64,000 nucleotides of DNA from Candidatus Pacearchaeota archaeon (GCA_017608025.1 JAFCGM010000001.1:78885-142884), one strand, 5' to 3'; positions 1 to 10,144 are shown, numbered from the stretch's first letter. Program-made: numbers and translations. The notes: generated from the sequence alone by a model not told the origin.

Positions 1-110
1 ACAGTTGCTCTTTCACCACAACTTGCTTATCTATTAGCAAGTCCACCTGGTTTGCCTCTGCAATAAAAAGAATAAGCAAGTCCTCAATAAATAGTTTTTG
101 GGGTTTAGAA

Positions 111-256
111 TTATTCTTTTGTTGCAATCCTTAAAGCGAAGAGATCCACGCTAAGCATAGCTTAGGCGCAAACTAAGTTTTTGCTTCTAGCGACAAATGT
201 TGGTTATGAAACGTCGCTTGTTAAAACAAGAAATTGATTTATTCTTTTGTTGCAAT
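111..256. repeat. Intergenic mini-element (129..238) flanked by an 18-bp perfect direct repeat ttattcttttgttgcaat (111..128 and 239..256). The second copy is the real 3' end plus stop of the Lrp-like gene. The insert carries hairpin gcttaggcgcaaactaag and hairpin agcgacaaatgttggttatgaaacgtcgct (189..218).
   Basis: Direct reading. The 18 nt encoding IATKE-stop occur twice, 110 bp apart. The insert modules resemble other copies (see findings). Confidence 0.6.
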
Positions 257-472
257 TAAAGTGGAAGTTTCTTTGATTTCTTTTATTCTGCGAACTTGCT
301 TTAAAATGAAATCTTCCAGTTTTTGAATGTTTTTGACTCTGAGTTTTGCAATCAAGTCATACTGGCCATAGACAATATGGGCTTCTTTGACTTCATCTGT
401 TTCAAGAAGTTTGTTCATAGCTATTTCATCTTTTCCTGATTCTATAATAAGAAGCAAGTATGCAGTTATCAT
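239..472 (-). CDS. Stand-alone Lrp/AsnC C-terminal (RAM) domain protein, 77 aa
   Basis: Sequence pattern EAHIVYGQYDLIAKLRVKNIQKLEDFI is typical of the AsnC-type ligand-binding domain. No HTH is present, so this is a small RAM-only protein. Confidence 0.45.
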   Translation of the reverse strand: MITAYLLLIIESGKDEIAMNKLLETDEVKEAHIVYGQYDLIAKLRVKNIQKLEDFILKQVRRIKEIKETSTLIATKE

Positions 473-550
473 AAAAATAAGTGGCGGTTATTGCTTATAA
501 AATTATCTGACATAAATTATATATATCTTGTTTTGGATTTTTATTGTAAA

Positions 551-1450
551 ATGCCGATTAATGCAAGTTACGAGTATCTTCAAGCAGAGCAGAAATATTT
601 GGAAGCGGGAAGCACTGCAGAGAAAATAAAAGCATTAAGGGAGATGATTGCCAAGGCTCCAAAGCACAAAGGGGCGGAAAAGCTTATGGCTAATTTGAAG
701 TTAAGGCTTGCAAAACTAAAAGACCTGGCTGAGACAGAAAAGAAGCAAAAGTCAGGCAAGAAATCTGAATTCACAGTTAAGAAAAACGGAGCTTCGCAAA
801 TTGCTATTATTGGATTTCCAAATGCAGGAAAATCAACTCTTCTTAAAAAGCTTTCAAAGACAGAAGTTGAAATAAAACCTTATGCCTTTTCAACAAAAAA
901 GCCTGTTGTGAGGATGATTTCATACGGAAACATAAAGCTTCAGGGTGTTGAAGTTCCTGCGCTTTATGAAGGAGCTTCTGAAAGCAAGGATTACAAGAAA
1001 ATTTTTTCCCTTATACGAAATGCTGATTTTATTTTAGTTGTTTGCAACAAATCAGACGAGTTTGGCAAAATAAAAAAAGAGCTTAGTGCAGAAGGAATCA
1101 TTCTTGAAAAAGAAGGTAGCAGAAAAGTTGCAGGCTTTGAAACAAAGATACCTTACCTTAAAGTTATGAGGGAGAATTTTGATGATTCAAATTTGCTTAA
1201 AAGAATATGGGAAAAGCAAGGTTTGATAAGAGTGATAACTGTTGTAAAGGGAAAGAAAAAGGACAACAAACCTTTAATTTTGGATAAGGGAAGCACAGTT
1301 GAGGATGCTGCGAGACATATCCATAAGGATTTTGTTAAGAAGTTTCGTTTTGCCAGAATCTGGGGAGCTTCAGCAGATTTTCCTGGGCAGCAAGTTGGAT
1401 TGGATTATGAATTGCATGATATGGATAAGATTGAATTTTTTCTTTCTTAA
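551..1450 (+). CDS. DRG/Obg-family GTPase with C-terminal TGS domain (developmentally regulated GTP-binding protein homolog)
   Basis: G1 motif GFPNAGKST, G4 motif NKSD, N-terminal helical region AKLKDL as in DRG, C-terminal TGS-like KGSTVEDAARHIHKDFVKKFRFARIWG. Start moved to the internal Met (MPINASYEY) because the first 20 codons of the ORF lie in the AT-rich promoter region. Confidence 0.6.
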   Translation: MPINASYEYLQAEQKYLEAGSTAEKIKALREMIAKAPKHKGAEKLMANLKLRLAKLKDLAETEKKQKSGKKSEFTVKKNGASQIAIIGFPNAGKSTLLKKLSKTEVEIKPYAFSTKKPVVRMISYGNIKLQGVEVPALYEGASESKDYKKIFSLIRNADFILVVCNKSDEFGKIKKELSAEGIILEKEGSRKVAGFETKIPYLKVMRENFDDSNLLKRIWEKQGLIRVITVVKGKKKDNKPLILDKGSTVEDAARHIHKDFVKKFRFARIWGASADFPGQQVGLDYELHDMDKIEFFLS

Positions 1451-1487
1451 TCAATAAATTTATTATTTTTAATTGTTAGATTAATGC

Positions 1488-1928
1488 ATGAAAATTTCTT
1501 TAAAAGTTGAAGGCATTCCTGTGGCAAAAGGCAGGCCCCGTTTTAGAAGATATGGCAAATTTGTAGGCACTTACACTCCAGCTAAGACTTTGGCAGCAGA
1601 AAAGAAATTGCTTTCAAATGTTAACAAATACAAGCCTTCAACTCCAATTTCAGAACCAATTCATTTGGACATTACTTTTTTTATGCCAATTCCAAAATCA
1701 ACTTCAAAACGAAAAGCAGAATTACTTTGCAAAGAACAGAAACCGCATATTAAAAGACCGGATTTGGATAACTTAGTTAAGCTAGTGAAAGATGCATTGA
1801 ACGGAATTTTCTGGAATGATGATAGTCAGATTTTCTCTATGAATGTTTCAAAAAAATACAGCGACTGCCCATCAACAGAAATAACTATTTCTACAATTAC
1901 AGATACTTCTGAGCAACAAAAATCGTGA
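1488..1928 (+). CDS. rusA: RusA-family Holliday junction resolvase
   Basis: Motifs GRPRF, RPDLDNLVKLVKDAL and WNDDSQI match the RusA catalytic Asp-containing signatures. RusA is usually phage- or prophage-borne. Confidence 0.6.
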   Translation: MKISLKVEGIPVAKGRPRFRRYGKFVGTYTPAKTLAAEKKLLSNVNKYKPSTPISEPIHLDITFFMPIPKSTSKRKAELLCKEQKPHIKRPDLDNLVKLVKDALNGIFWNDDSQIFSMNVSKKYSDCPSTEITISTITDTSEQQKS

Positions 1929-2077
1929 ATAAAGCAACAAGAATTGGCAAGAGCATTATTAGAGAGAAAAACCAAAGCCTTGTTCCAATTGAAAGTTTTA
2001 GAACATATATAAAGAGAGCAGAAAAAACTGCGATTATCAATATGCATATGATAATTAATACAGACCTTATTTTGAGA

Positions 2078-3028
2078 TTAAACTGTTTCATTTTTATAAT
2101 GCTTCATAAATTCTCTTATCAAGGTGAAGGAGATTGAGAGAATAACTGGACCAAGAATTACTCCTGGCAGACCCAATGCTTTTAATCCTCCGAAAATTCC
2201 TATGAAAGTAATTAAAGGGTGAATTCTTGTTCTTTTTCCAAATAAAATCGGCTTTATTATTAAGTCAAGAGTTCCAGATATTCCAATTCCATACACTAAA
2301 ATTCCAATGCCAAGCCAAATTTGGTTTGTTAATATAAAGAAAAGAGCGACACCAGTATAGAGAATAAATGAGCCCATCATCGGAAGTATTGAAAGGATTG
2401 CAGCAGCAATGGCTGCAAAAAGAATGTATTTTAACCCAAACATATAAAATGCAATTGCAGCTATAATTCCCTGCAAAATTCCAATTACTAGCTGAACATA
2501 AATAAATGAGTTAATGCTTTTTTTAATTTTTAAATTAATATCTTTTTTGTCTTTATTTTTTAGAGGTATAAGCTTATCAATGCTTTTATAGAACCTTTCG
2601 CCATCATAAAGAAAGTAGAACATTGCTATAAAGAAAATTATTATTCCTATAACAAGTTCAGGAAATGCTATTATTTGGTGCGAAAACCAGCTTGTCAGGT
2701 TTTCAAGAATTTTCCGCATAAGAGTTTCCAAATACGAGCTTGTTATGTTTATGCTGGTTATTAACTTGTATGCTGAGCCAATTTCCCTTAAGGCAAGATT
2801 TGTTCCAGTTTGAATTGCAAGTGCCAAAACAAAAATAACTGAAGAAGTTATTATTAAGGAAGACGGAAGGTTGTTGATTTTTTTCTTTAAAAGCTTGTGA
2901 AGAGGATAAAAAGCATAAGCAACAATTGCTGCCAACAAAAGGACCAAAATAAAAGGCTTTACTATGAGAATAATTAATGAAGCTGCTATTGCCAAGATAG
3001 CTATTTTTGTTATTGTTCCTTTTTCCAT
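2078..3028 (-). CDS. AI-2E (UPF0118/PerM) family membrane transporter
   Basis: About 8 predicted TM helices; Gly/Pro-rich TM pattern and 316 aa length typical of the AI-2E family. Confidence 0.5.
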   Translation of the reverse strand: MEKGTITKIAILAIAASLIILIVKPFILVLLLAAIVAYAFYPLHKLLKKKINNLPSSLIITSSVIFVLALAIQTGTNLALREIGSAYKLITSINITSSYLETLMRKILENLTSWFSHQIIAFPELVIGIIIFFIAMFYFLYDGERFYKSIDKLIPLKNKDKKDINLKIKKSINSFIYVQLVIGILQGIIAAIAFYMFGLKYILFAAIAAAILSILPMMGSFILYTGVALFFILTNQIWLGIGILVYGIGISGTLDLIIKPILFGKRTRIHPLITFIGIFGGLKALGLPGVILGPVILSISFTLIREFMKHYKNETV

Positions 3029-3029
3029 T

Positions 3030-3659
3030 TTATAATATAGAATCTAGTTCTGAAATTTTGTTTATTATTATTGATGGCTTTTCACTCCAGATTTTTTTTA
3101 TAGCATCTGCTCCAGAAACAATTGCTATTGTTTTCACTCCTGCTTTTTTGCCTGCGCGAATATCATAGATTGAATCTCCAATTAAATACTTAGCTTTGTT
3201 TTTTGATATTTTTTCAGCTTTAAACGCTTCATCAGATTTTCCTTTAATATTGTTTTCAGATCCAATGATTGCGTCAAAATGCTCAAAACCAATTCCTGAC
3301 TTTTCAAGAATTTCAATTATGTTTTTGCGAAATTCATTTGAAACAACAGCAAGAGAGTATCCTTTTTTCCTTAATTTTCTTAATGTGCTTTCTGTATGAG
3401 GTTTTGCTTTTATTTTTTCATAATGCTTTTTTATTATTTCCTGAAAATCAGCGAGGCAGCTTTCCATTTTTCGGGTTGTGATATTTGGAAAAAATTCTTT
3501 TATTATGTTTTCTGTTGTTTCTCCGAGAGCTTCGCTTATTTCATCTGCTGAAACTAAGGAAAGGTTGTTTTTCCTGAAAACTTCATTAAATGTTAGAACA
3601 AGTGCTTTTGTAGAGTCTACTAAGGTGCCATCTAAGTCAAAGCAGAGAAGATTTTTCAT
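3030..3659 (-). CDS. HAD-superfamily phosphatase (phosphoglycolate phosphatase-like)
   Basis: N-terminal DxD motif FDLDGTLVDS, later motif SN and C-terminal GDSIYDIRAGKKAG. Confidence 0.6.
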   Translation of the reverse strand: MKNLLCFDLDGTLVDSTKALVLTFNEVFRKNNLSLVSADEISEALGETTENIIKEFFPNITTRKMESCLADFQEIIKKHYEKIKAKPHTESTLRKLRKKGYSLAVVSNEFRKNIIEILEKSGIGFEHFDAIIGSENNIKGKSDEAFKAEKISKNKAKYLIGDSIYDIRAGKKAGVKTIAIVSGADAIKKIWSEKPSIIINKISELDSIL

Positions 3660-3696
3660 GTAAAGATTAAGCTGTGCTTATTTAAAATCTTTTTTG

Positions 3697-4740
3697 TTAA
3701 ATTTTGTAGCGCAGAATTGCAGCAATTCCTCCAAGCCCTTCAAGCTTTTTGCCAGCGTCTTTTTTCGGGTTGAGGATAAGAACTTCTGCTCCAGATTCTT
3801 CAGCGCGAGATATTATTTTAGATATTTTCTTGAACTGCGATTTAATAAGATGCTCTGAGATAAGAAGAGTTTTCACTGCTCCTGAGCTTACTACTTTTTC
3901 AACTTCATCAAATCCATATTCAGCTTTTCCAGAATTTTTTGATATTTCAGAAAGAAGGTTTTCAATTTCCCGTTCTTCTTTTATGTAATGAGACTCTTTT
4001 ACAATCTTGCTGAAACCCTGCTTTAAAATTAATTCGCGAAATGCTTTTTCAGAGCCAGTTGAAGTTGTTTCTGTTATGACTTTTTTGTTAAGGTCTGGCT
4101 TTATTTCAAGAATTTGCTTTTTCAGCTCGTCTTTCCAGAAAAGCGGGCTTGCAAGGAGAATTATTTCAATCTTTTTTTCAGAAATTTCCTTTATTATTTC
4201 TTTGGCAAGGTTTTTTAATGGGTCTTTCTTTTTTTCAGAATACCTTTTTTTGCTTAGTTCGAGTTTGATGTTTGAAACAGGCTTTATTCCTGAAGAAGTT
4301 ACTTTTCCAAGATTTGCTTCAGAGTCATCTAATGAACAGACAATTGCGCGCGGAATGTTTGTGTTTCTTTCTGCATCTTTTAAAATTTCTTTTTGGTATT
4401 TTTTCCACTGCTTTTGAATCCATAGGTCTGAGCCTTGTGAAACCTCAATTGAGTGGAATTCATCTGATGAAACTTGCTCAAGAGTTGTTTCAAGAATTTT
4501 TCCATGAAGCCGGAGATTGAAATTGTCAAAAGATATTTTTTCTATTTTTATTTTTGCAGTTATTGTTTTTCTTGTTGATTTCTGCCTTTCATTTTCAGAG
4601 CTGAGCTTTTGCTTGTAGGAGCTTTTTCCCTTTACAATATCTCCTGGCTCGAGGACTTTTTGTAAGTACCACAAGTCTTCTGGAGAGTCGATTTTGACAT
4701 GAGCAACGCCTGTTTTTTTGTTTAAGGAAAGCAGTTTCAT
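3697..4740 (-). CDS. pelA: Pelota/Dom34 mRNA surveillance factor
   Basis: N-terminus DLWYLQKVLEPGDIV matches the Pelota consensus DLWHLYNLI.GD. The 347 aa length and the eRF1-like C-terminal domain are consistent. Confidence 0.7.
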   Translation of the reverse strand: MKLLSLNKKTGVAHVKIDSPEDLWYLQKVLEPGDIVKGKSSYKQKLSSENERQKSTRKTITAKIKIEKISFDNFNLRLHGKILETTLEQVSSDEFHSIEVSQGSDLWIQKQWKKYQKEILKDAERNTNIPRAIVCSLDDSEANLGKVTSSGIKPVSNIKLELSKKRYSEKKKDPLKNLAKEIIKEISEKKIEIILLASPLFWKDELKKQILEIKPDLNKKVITETTSTGSEKAFRELILKQGFSKIVKESHYIKEEREIENLLSEISKNSGKAEYGFDEVEKVVSSGAVKTLLISEHLIKSQFKKISKIISRAEESGAEVLILNPKKDAGKKLEGLGGIAAILRYKI

Positions 4741-4774
4741 GGTTTATTTGAGGAATTTTTTATTTTTAAAAGTA

Positions 4775-4846
4775 CCTTTCTTTTAGAAAAAGAAAGCTGA
4801 TAGGCGCGAATTTATACAAAGGGTTCGCTTCTACGCAAAAGAAAAC
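4775..4846. repeat. Copy of the modular intergenic element: cctttcttttagaaaaagaaag + taggcgcgaatttatacaaagggttcgcttct + acgcaaaagaaaac
   Basis: Same GC-rich core ggcgcgaa ... ttcgcttct as the copies at 42251 and 48952. Located in the divergent region between pelota and the 4961 operon. Confidence 0.55.
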
Positions 4847-4930
4847 CATTTTAAATCCACTTAAAAAGAAAACTTGAATTGCGAGAGATTTAACAACCCT
4901 TTTTTTGCTTCCGTGCTATGTTCCAAAATG

Positions 4931-4938
4931 TATATAAA
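4931..4938 (+). promoter_or_regulatory. TATA box tatataaa, 23 bp upstream of the ATG at 4961 (leaderless transcript likely)
   Basis: Archaeal TATA-like octamer at the expected distance for a leaderless mRNA. Confidence 0.3.
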
Positions 4939-4960
4939 CAATTAAATAATAAATATATGT

Positions 4961-6157
4961 ATGCTATTGAATAAGAAAGCTAATGCTAATGCTATTATTC
5001 TTTTTACAATTCTCTTAATTGTCACTGTGATTATAATAACAGTTTTTTCGCCGACAGATTATCGAAGGGCTTTGCTAAATGAGTCTTATTCAAATGCAAA
5101 TGATTACGGCAATGTTGTTCTTTTTGAGGCAGCAGATGTTGTTATAAATGAGACAGACCTTGAAGAGGGAACTGAAAGCATTTACCTTCACGATGCAGAG
5201 CTTGACTATGCTGCGCATCGAAAAGAGGAGCAGATTTCAGGAAGCTTTGAAATAAGCAATTCCTTTATTGAAGACAATTCTGCCAAGTTTTACTTGAATG
5301 TGGATGACTCTTTCCAAGGAATGTACTTTACTTTTTATGTTATTTCAAAAGAGGGTAATGGCAAAATAAACATACTCTTAAATGGCCAAAGCATATACAC
5401 AGCATCTCCTGATGAAGGTGAGAAAGTTAATGTTTATGTTCCTAAAAACGCCCTTAAGAAAGGAGACAATGAAATAGTTATTCGAGCAACATATCCTCTG
5501 AACATTTTCAAAGAAAATTCCTTTTCAATTGTTGATTTAAGAGCTTTTTTAACAGAGAGAAATGAAGAGCAGAGAGTTGAGCACACGTTTATTGTTGAAG
5601 ATGCTTCAGAAATAAGAGAGCCTGCCCTTTATGCTTATGTTACAAAAATGCCTTATTCAATTGCAAACAGCAAAATAAAAATTACAATAAATGAGGTAGA
5701 GGTTTTTGAAGGAGTTCCAGCAACAATAAATGATTATGAAACTCCTCAGGTTTTTTACCTTCCTTTGGAGGAAATTTATTTGAAAGACGGAGTTAATGAA
5801 ATCATTTGGGAAGTTGACCTTGGAGGAGCATATTCTGTTGATTTTGTGAAAATTGAATATGAAACTTTGGAGGAGCCAGATGAAGAGGAAGAAAGTGTTT
5901 TTCGGTTTAATATTGATTCTGATGCTTACAAGAAAGTTCGGAGCAAAAGATATTCCTGTGTTTTGACTTTTGAGTCAGATGACATAAACAAGATGTTTGA
6001 ATACAATATAAATGGAAACAAATCTTCTGCTGCAGTTTCATCTTCTGAAATTTCCTTTGATGTTTGTGATTCTCTTAGAAAAGGTCTTAATTCATTGAAA
6101 GTGTCTTCAGGAGAAGACCTGCTTTTCAGCAGAATCAAATTAGAAATCAAAAGGTAA
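4961..6157 (+). CDS. N-terminally membrane-anchored extracellular protein with three G-NEI beta-rich repeats, function unknown
   Basis: Single N-terminal TM segment (ILFTILLIVTVIIITVF). Repeats around KKGDNEIVIRATYP, KDGVNEIIWEVDLG and RKGLNSLKVSS. First gene of a 4-gene same-strand cluster with a 6-bp spacer to the next gene. Confidence 0.4.
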   Translation: MLLNKKANANAIILFTILLIVTVIIITVFSPTDYRRALLNESYSNANDYGNVVLFEAADVVINETDLEEGTESIYLHDAELDYAAHRKEEQISGSFEISNSFIEDNSAKFYLNVDDSFQGMYFTFYVISKEGNGKINILLNGQSIYTASPDEGEKVNVYVPKNALKKGDNEIVIRATYPLNIFKENSFSIVDLRAFLTERNEEQRVEHTFIVEDASEIREPALYAYVTKMPYSIANSKIKITINEVEVFEGVPATINDYETPQVFYLPLEEIYLKDGVNEIIWEVDLGGAYSVDFVKIEYETLEEPDEEEESVFRFNIDSDAYKKVRSKRYSCVLTFESDDINKMFEYNINGNKSSAAVSSSEISFDVCDSLRKGLNSLKVSSGEDLLFSRIKLEIKR

Positions 6158-6162
6158 TTTTT

Positions 6163-8841
6163 ATGGCGAACTGGAGTAATGCTCTTAAAAAACTTGGTAA
6201 TAAAGCAAAGAAAATTAAGCCTAGCAAAATTAAGGAAGCTTCTGGCAAGGGCGTCAAAGCAGTTAAGGGCAAAGCTAAAAATATTGACTGGAAAAAGCTC
6301 CAAAGACAAGCAAAGGAACAAGCAAAGCAAATTGCAAAGGAACAAGGAAAGGAATTTGTAAAAAGTCAGGTTAAGGGTAAAACAGGCATTGATGTAGATG
6401 CTGTTCAGCAAGGAAACATTAGGTCATCTGCAGAAGGTGTTTTTCAGAAATTCAAAGAAAAAAGAGCCAGTTCTGAAGGAGATGATATTCATCAAATTCC
6501 TGGTTATAATCCATCCGCTCAGGAAGTTGTTGCCCCATCTGCGCAGCAACAAGGGATTCAGAGTGGAATTCCACAGCAGTTTTTGGGAAAATTTGGAAGC
6601 AGGAATAAAGGAAAGGCACCATGGATTGTTGTTTTAATTGCCCTTGCGATTGTTCTTGGCGGATTTTTGCTGATGTTTTCCCCTTTTGATTCAGAGTATT
6701 CAGTTCTGGTTATTCTTGTTGGAGGCGGGGCTCTTTTCGGAGGGCTTCTTTTTATTATTGCAACAAGAACACAGGTTTTTCAGGGAATTGGCATAGTCTT
6801 GAAAATAATTTTCATTGAAAAGCCAAAGCAGTTTTTCTTGTGGGTTAAGAAGAAGTTTGCTGTATGGCGGGAGAGGATTAGAAGAGAAAAAGAGCTTAGA
6901 AAAAAGTCCTGGGATGTTGTTCAGGCGCACAAAGATGAAATATCTCCTCTTTTAATGGAGAGTAAGGGATTTAAGGAGCAAGTAAAGGCAGTAAAGATTT
7001 TTGCTGGCATTGTAATTATTCCAATATTATCGTGCGTATATGCTCTGTACTTTTTTTTCTGGAAAGGCAGGAAAATCAAAAAGCTAATTAAAAAAGAGGA
7101 AAAAGAGCATGAAAAAGAGAGAAAGGCTGAAAAAAAAGCAGAGAAAGACAAACCAGAAGGGTTTTACTCTGGCGGAGCTGGAAGTGGCGGAGGTGCTACT
7201 GGAAAAATTCTTTTAGTTGTTGGAATAATTATTCTTATTCTCGGCGGAACTGCTGGATTCTGGTTTGGATATTACAAGAACACTCCACAAGGGCAGAAGA
7301 TTTCTGAGCAATATCTTTCATTTGGAACAAGTACTTATTCTGCTGAAAGAGGGAGCAGAGGTTTCTTCAATTCAGTTTTTCAGACAATAAAATTTGCATT
7401 TTCAGGAGATGTTGAGGAAATAATGAAGTCAAGAGAAGCAGAGTCAGAATATGCGCAGTTTGAGGAAATAAAAACCACAATGGAGGAAGTAAAGCCCTAT
7501 AAAAATCCAGTTTACAAAGATAGTGATATTTCAATTTACGGATACCTTTCTGTTGAGGACGGACCAGAAGAGGGAACTGCTTTTGAGTTTGAAGTTAGGC
7601 AGCTTATGAATGTTGTAATAAGAAATTACAGGAAAAATCAAGTCTGCGATTCAACTTTGCTGAGCTCTGCAGTTTCTAGCATAGACAGTGTTCTTGATGA
7701 AAATAATCACTGCAACAGCAATCCAGAATGTAAACATTTCTGCACCGACACTTCAGACTGGAAATGCTATATTCCTGGAGGAGATCCTGCAAAGGATTCC
7801 AATGGAAATATTATTCCAAATACATTTTTGTTTAAGAACAGATATAACCAACGAGTAATTTGCAGCCACAGCGGTATACAGGATCCAAAAAAGGATTTGC
7901 AGCTTTCAAAAATAACTCTTATTTGGAAATACTGGACACAGGCAATGCTTGAAAAGAGAGTTTATGTTTTTGATTCTGATTACGCAGCACTTCACAAAAA
8001 TCCACTAAAGTCAGCAAACATCTCAAGGTCTTCTTATGAATCTTTGAGCAAGGCAGAGAAGAACATAGGTTTCGGGGCTGGAATAAGCAAGGACAGGGAT
8101 TACATGGTTACAACTCCGCTAGATGCACTGAAATACGGAATGGATTATATTGAGATTTACAACATTATCTTCACTTTGAGGAACAAGGGTCTTGGTGACA
8201 TTGTGGATTTAAAAGACATTGAGGTATGGATTCCTGATTCTGTAAATGTTGTTGAGGAAGAAGGAGATTTTGAAGTCTGCGGAGAAAAGACTGACAGAGG
8301 AATAGTATTTAAGAAATACTGCCTAAAAAAGGATGTAATAGATTCTTTTGACTCAATTGGGCCAGCGCTGTTCAGGAACTTTTATCTGCCAGTGTATGTT
8401 GAAAGCAGCTTTATAGTTGGAAATGAGTGGTTTGATAGTTTTACTTTGACATCAAAAGTTTATTATAAATACAGAGATGAGGCAATGGTTGATGATGTCA
8501 TAAAAGTTGATGTTGGAAGTTCAGTTAAATTACATAAAACTCAGAACAACACTTCCAGCGCTTCAGAAGTTGTTAGCAAAGAAGAAACTGTTTCTGAATT
8601 AGAGACAATTATTTTTGAGGGTAGGGATGAAAATCATGTCTTTGAAATCACAGATGTAAATCCTGATAAAATTATTTACAATTTTGCTGTATCGCAAGAT
8701 AATGTTATTACAAGCCAGCTAATTATGCTTGGCGAAACAAAAGAATACAACTACAAAAGCGGGCAAGGGGAAATAAAAATATTGCTGAAGCACATTGAGG
8801 GCAATGATGCGCTAGTAAACATAACTGCTACTTATTTTTAA
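6163..8841 (+). CDS. Large polytopic membrane protein with a Lys-rich histone-H1-like cytoplasmic N-tail, 4 TM segments, a Gly-rich linker and a ~530-aa Cys-rich extracellular domain; function unknown
   Basis: N-terminus KKLGNKAKKIKPSKIKEASGKGVKAVKGKAKN; TM helices at ~150-200 and ~280-300; GGAGSGGGATG linker; ectodomain with several Cys (CDSTLL, HCNSNPECKHFCTDTSDWKC). Confidence 0.4.
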   Translation: MANWSNALKKLGNKAKKIKPSKIKEASGKGVKAVKGKAKNIDWKKLQRQAKEQAKQIAKEQGKEFVKSQVKGKTGIDVDAVQQGNIRSSAEGVFQKFKEKRASSEGDDIHQIPGYNPSAQEVVAPSAQQQGIQSGIPQQFLGKFGSRNKGKAPWIVVLIALAIVLGGFLLMFSPFDSEYSVLVILVGGGALFGGLLFIIATRTQVFQGIGIVLKIIFIEKPKQFFLWVKKKFAVWRERIRREKELRKKSWDVVQAHKDEISPLLMESKGFKEQVKAVKIFAGIVIIPILSCVYALYFFFWKGRKIKKLIKKEEKEHEKERKAEKKAEKDKPEGFYSGGAGSGGGATGKILLVVGIIILILGGTAGFWFGYYKNTPQGQKISEQYLSFGTSTYSAERGSRGFFNSVFQTIKFAFSGDVEEIMKSREAESEYAQFEEIKTTMEEVKPYKNPVYKDSDISIYGYLSVEDGPEEGTAFEFEVRQLMNVVIRNYRKNQVCDSTLLSSAVSSIDSVLDENNHCNSNPECKHFCTDTSDWKCYIPGGDPAKDSNGNIIPNTFLFKNRYNQRVICSHSGIQDPKKDLQLSKITLIWKYWTQAMLEKRVYVFDSDYAALHKNPLKSANISRSSYESLSKAEKNIGFGAGISKDRDYMVTTPLDALKYGMDYIEIYNIIFTLRNKGLGDIVDLKDIEVWIPDSVNVVEEEGDFEVCGEKTDRGIVFKKYCLKKDVIDSFDSIGPALFRNFYLPVYVESSFIVGNEWFDSFTLTSKVYYKYRDEAMVDDVIKVDVGSSVKLHKTQNNTSSASEVVSKEETVSELETIIFEGRDENHVFEITDVNPDKIIYNFAVSQDNVITSQLIMLGETKEYNYKSGQGEIKILLKHIEGNDALVNITATYF

Positions 8842-8905
8842 TTTAGAACAACCTTTAAAAATAAGCACTGACTATTAATAAGCATAATTATCAGGGTGAA
8901 AGAAC

Positions 8906-10144
8906 TTGGTTGACTGGAAAAAAATAATAATATCTTTCTTTGCTATTATGTTTATTGTTTTGTTTAGCGGATGCCTTGGAAGCGATGATACTGACTTTGA
9001 TACTAATTTAAATGCTCCAGACTCAGTTTCTATTGAGTTTATACCTGGAAATCCTCCTGACCAGATTTATGAAGGAACTCCATTTTCCCTTGCACTGAAG
9101 ATTGAGAATGAGGGAAATGATAAGATAAATTCAGGAGACATGTGGGTTCATGTGATTGGAGTAGACCCTAATTCAATTAAAGAGTTTTCAAATTATGACT
9201 GTAATTCATTCAGCATAAATGCTGGCTCTGGTTTGATTCCTTTTAAAGACTACTCTTTTTCCTTTTCAAGATATAATGAAGGAACTGGGGAATTGCTAGT
9301 TAATTACATTAAGGAAAGCGATACAAATACGAAAACAATTTCTCTTGGTGAGGAATTTATGCTAGAAGAAGATTTTTACTTGACTGTTAACAATGTTGCT
9401 CCTGACGGAACTATTGAGGGAACTGCTTGTAACGGACCATCTTCTGAAGCAACAGATGTAACTGCAGTAAATTTCTTTTCAAAGGAAATAACCACTAGTT
9501 TAATTCCTTCAGTTGAAGTTGACGGGAAGAAAATTCCAGGAGGAATAACTCAGGTTTCATGGGATGCTTTGAAATACAAGGAGAATATTTCATCTGACCA
9601 GCAGCTTGATTTCCTTGCAAAAGCATGCTATATTTACAGCAGCAAGGCAACTGGAAGAGCGTGCTTTAACATAAACCCTTATTCACAAGTTACTGGAACA
9701 CAGACATGCACAGTAAATGGCGAGAAGGAAGTTGGCAACGAAATTGGACCAATTAAAATTACAAAGATGAATGAGTACTACACTGGAAAAAATGAAGGAA
9801 AACAGAGATATACTTTCACTTTGACAATTGAAAATATAGATGACGGAGATGTTTTCTTAAGAAGCGCAGACCTTGAGAATTGTATGGACTTAAAACAGAA
9901 TGAGCTGAACAGGGTTGAAGTCACAAAATTCAAAATAGGTACAATTGATTATATTGCAAACGGACAGTGCGAAAACAATGAAGTTTATTTGACAAACGGA
10001 GTTGGTGAGTGGAACTGCATGATTTCAAAAGACCCAATTACAGGATATGACTTAGTTAACATTGAGATTGAATATGGGTACACGCAGCAAACAAGAAAAA
10101 CACTTACTTTGAAGAACTCGTTTGAAGATGCAGAGCTCTACTAG
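8906..10144 (+). CDS. Secreted lipobox protein (signal peptide ending LFSGC), paralog of the next gene
   Basis: N-terminus IISFFAIMFIVLFSGCLGSDD is a signal plus lipobox-like motif. Internal motif LALKIENEGNDKINSGD is shared with the 10214 paralog (WLEIENTGEKKIDAGE). Confidence 0.4.
   Translation: MVDWKKIIISFFAIMFIVLFSGCLGSDDTDFDTNLNAPDSVSIEFIPGNPPDQIYEGTPFSLALKIENEGNDKINSGDMWVHVIGVDPNSIKEFSNYDCNSFSINAGSGLIPFKDYSFSFSRYNEGTGELLVNYIKESDTNTKTISLGEEFMLEEDFYLTVNNVAPDGTIEGTACNGPSSEATDVTAVNFFSKEITTSLIPSVEVDGKKIPGGITQVSWDALKYKENISSDQQLDFLAKACYIYSSKATGRACFNINPYSQVTGTQTCTVNGEKEVGNEIGPIKITKMNEYYTGKNEGKQRYTFTLTIENIDDGDVFLRSADLENCMDLKQNELNRVEVTKFKIGTIDYIANGQCENNEVYLTNGVGEWNCMISKDPITGYDLVNIEIEYGYTQQTRKTLTLKNSFEDAELY

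Noticed and set aside
491-550. N-terminal 20 codons of ORF 491..1450 (also similar upstream extensions on 18233..19618, 22182..22595 and 48631..48981)
   Set aside because: These extensions run through promoter, tRNA or repeat sequence. The internal Met gives a protein that matches family N-termini.
580-2137. Many short antisense or overlapping ORFs (e.g. 580..774, 1826..2047, 1897..2091, 1925..2137) and similar ones throughout
   Set aside because: They are embedded in or antisense to well-supported genes, have low-complexity hydrophobic composition typical of AT-rich random frames, and show no motifs.
1488-3028. Prophage around the RusA gene
   Set aside because: No integrase, terminase, capsid or att-like long repeats nearby. 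The neighbours are housekeeping genes (DRG GTPase, transporter, HAD, pelota).
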